DNA of 64,000 nucleotides, from NCBI GenBank assembly GCA_023213395.1, contig CM041465.1:223269741-223333740 (forward strand), read 5' to 3'. Both the position numbers and the translations under genes were made by a program. The DNA is from Cycas panzhihuaensis. Lineage: Eukaryota; Plantae; Cycadophyta. Position 1 is the stretch's first letter. Each line of letters starts with the position of its first letter. The notes beneath the pieces are model-generated. The model was not told the origin of the DNA, did not search any database, and worked only from the letters and a program-made list of their open reading frames with translations. Below, in pieces: positions 63,746-64,000 of the stretch.

Positions 63746-64000
63746 TATGATTACACTATAGATCACTTTTTACAAATAAGTAAGTGATCAATATACAAGA
63801 TTGTAGGCCAATATAGAAGCTGACATCATTGGGTTTACACAACTTGAAACTCAAATGTAGGATGTGTAATCAACCTAATAACCTCTAACTTGTATATAAC
63901 ATGTAGTTGAGGTTGTTGAAAGGATGCCTAGGCTTCTAGTAGAATTAAGTTGGACTTCACCCGCGATACCCGCAATTGTGCTTGGTGATGAAATCCAAGT

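Larger units (their letters stand above)
58154..64000 (-). mobile_element. Ty1/Copia element; 3' LTR 58154-58465, 5' LTR beyond the window
   Basis: PPT AGGGGGAGAT directly before TGAAAAGG; LTR ends CTCTCA; it interrupts the Tat/Ogre gag. Confidence 0.9.

Overview
AT-rich, CpG-depleted plant intergenic DNA made almost entirely of old, nested, decayed retroelements. I find no intact host gene. The supplied ORFs are fragments of retrotransposon pseudogenes or noise. Reconstructed layout: (1) end of a chromovirus (chromodomain, PPT, 3' LTR 121-526) inserted into a minus-strand non-chromovirus Gypsy (527-~5150) that carries a second gag/capsid-like domain between protease and RT. (2) A Tekay-like chromovirus family in an apparent head-to-tail array: INT-CHD-PPT, LTR-A 7883-10152, gag-PR-RT-RH, then LTR-B ending at 36189 and a further gag. 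It hosts a TRIM-like element (12056-14140), a full-length Copia with TG..TA ends (15082-20845), a truncated minus-strand Copia containing a tRNA-derived SINE, a cargo-loaded relative of the TRIM (24881-29732) and a non-autonomous Gypsy derivative (31223-34852). (3) A minus-strand Tat element (37500-53273) with order PR-aRH-RT-RH-INT plus a ~3 kb 3' extra ORF. Its 5' LTR is preceded by a second extra-ORF/PPT copy, another shared-LTR tandem, and it hosts a non-autonomous element (38567-41745) and a solo LTR (50157-50543). (4) A Tat/Ogre-like element with a ~3.2 kb LTR (53274-58153) interrupted by a Copia (58154->64000). The Tat domain order suggests a gymnosperm host (inference). All translations and alignments were done by eye. 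Boundaries with TSDs are firm; boundaries marked ~ are approximate.
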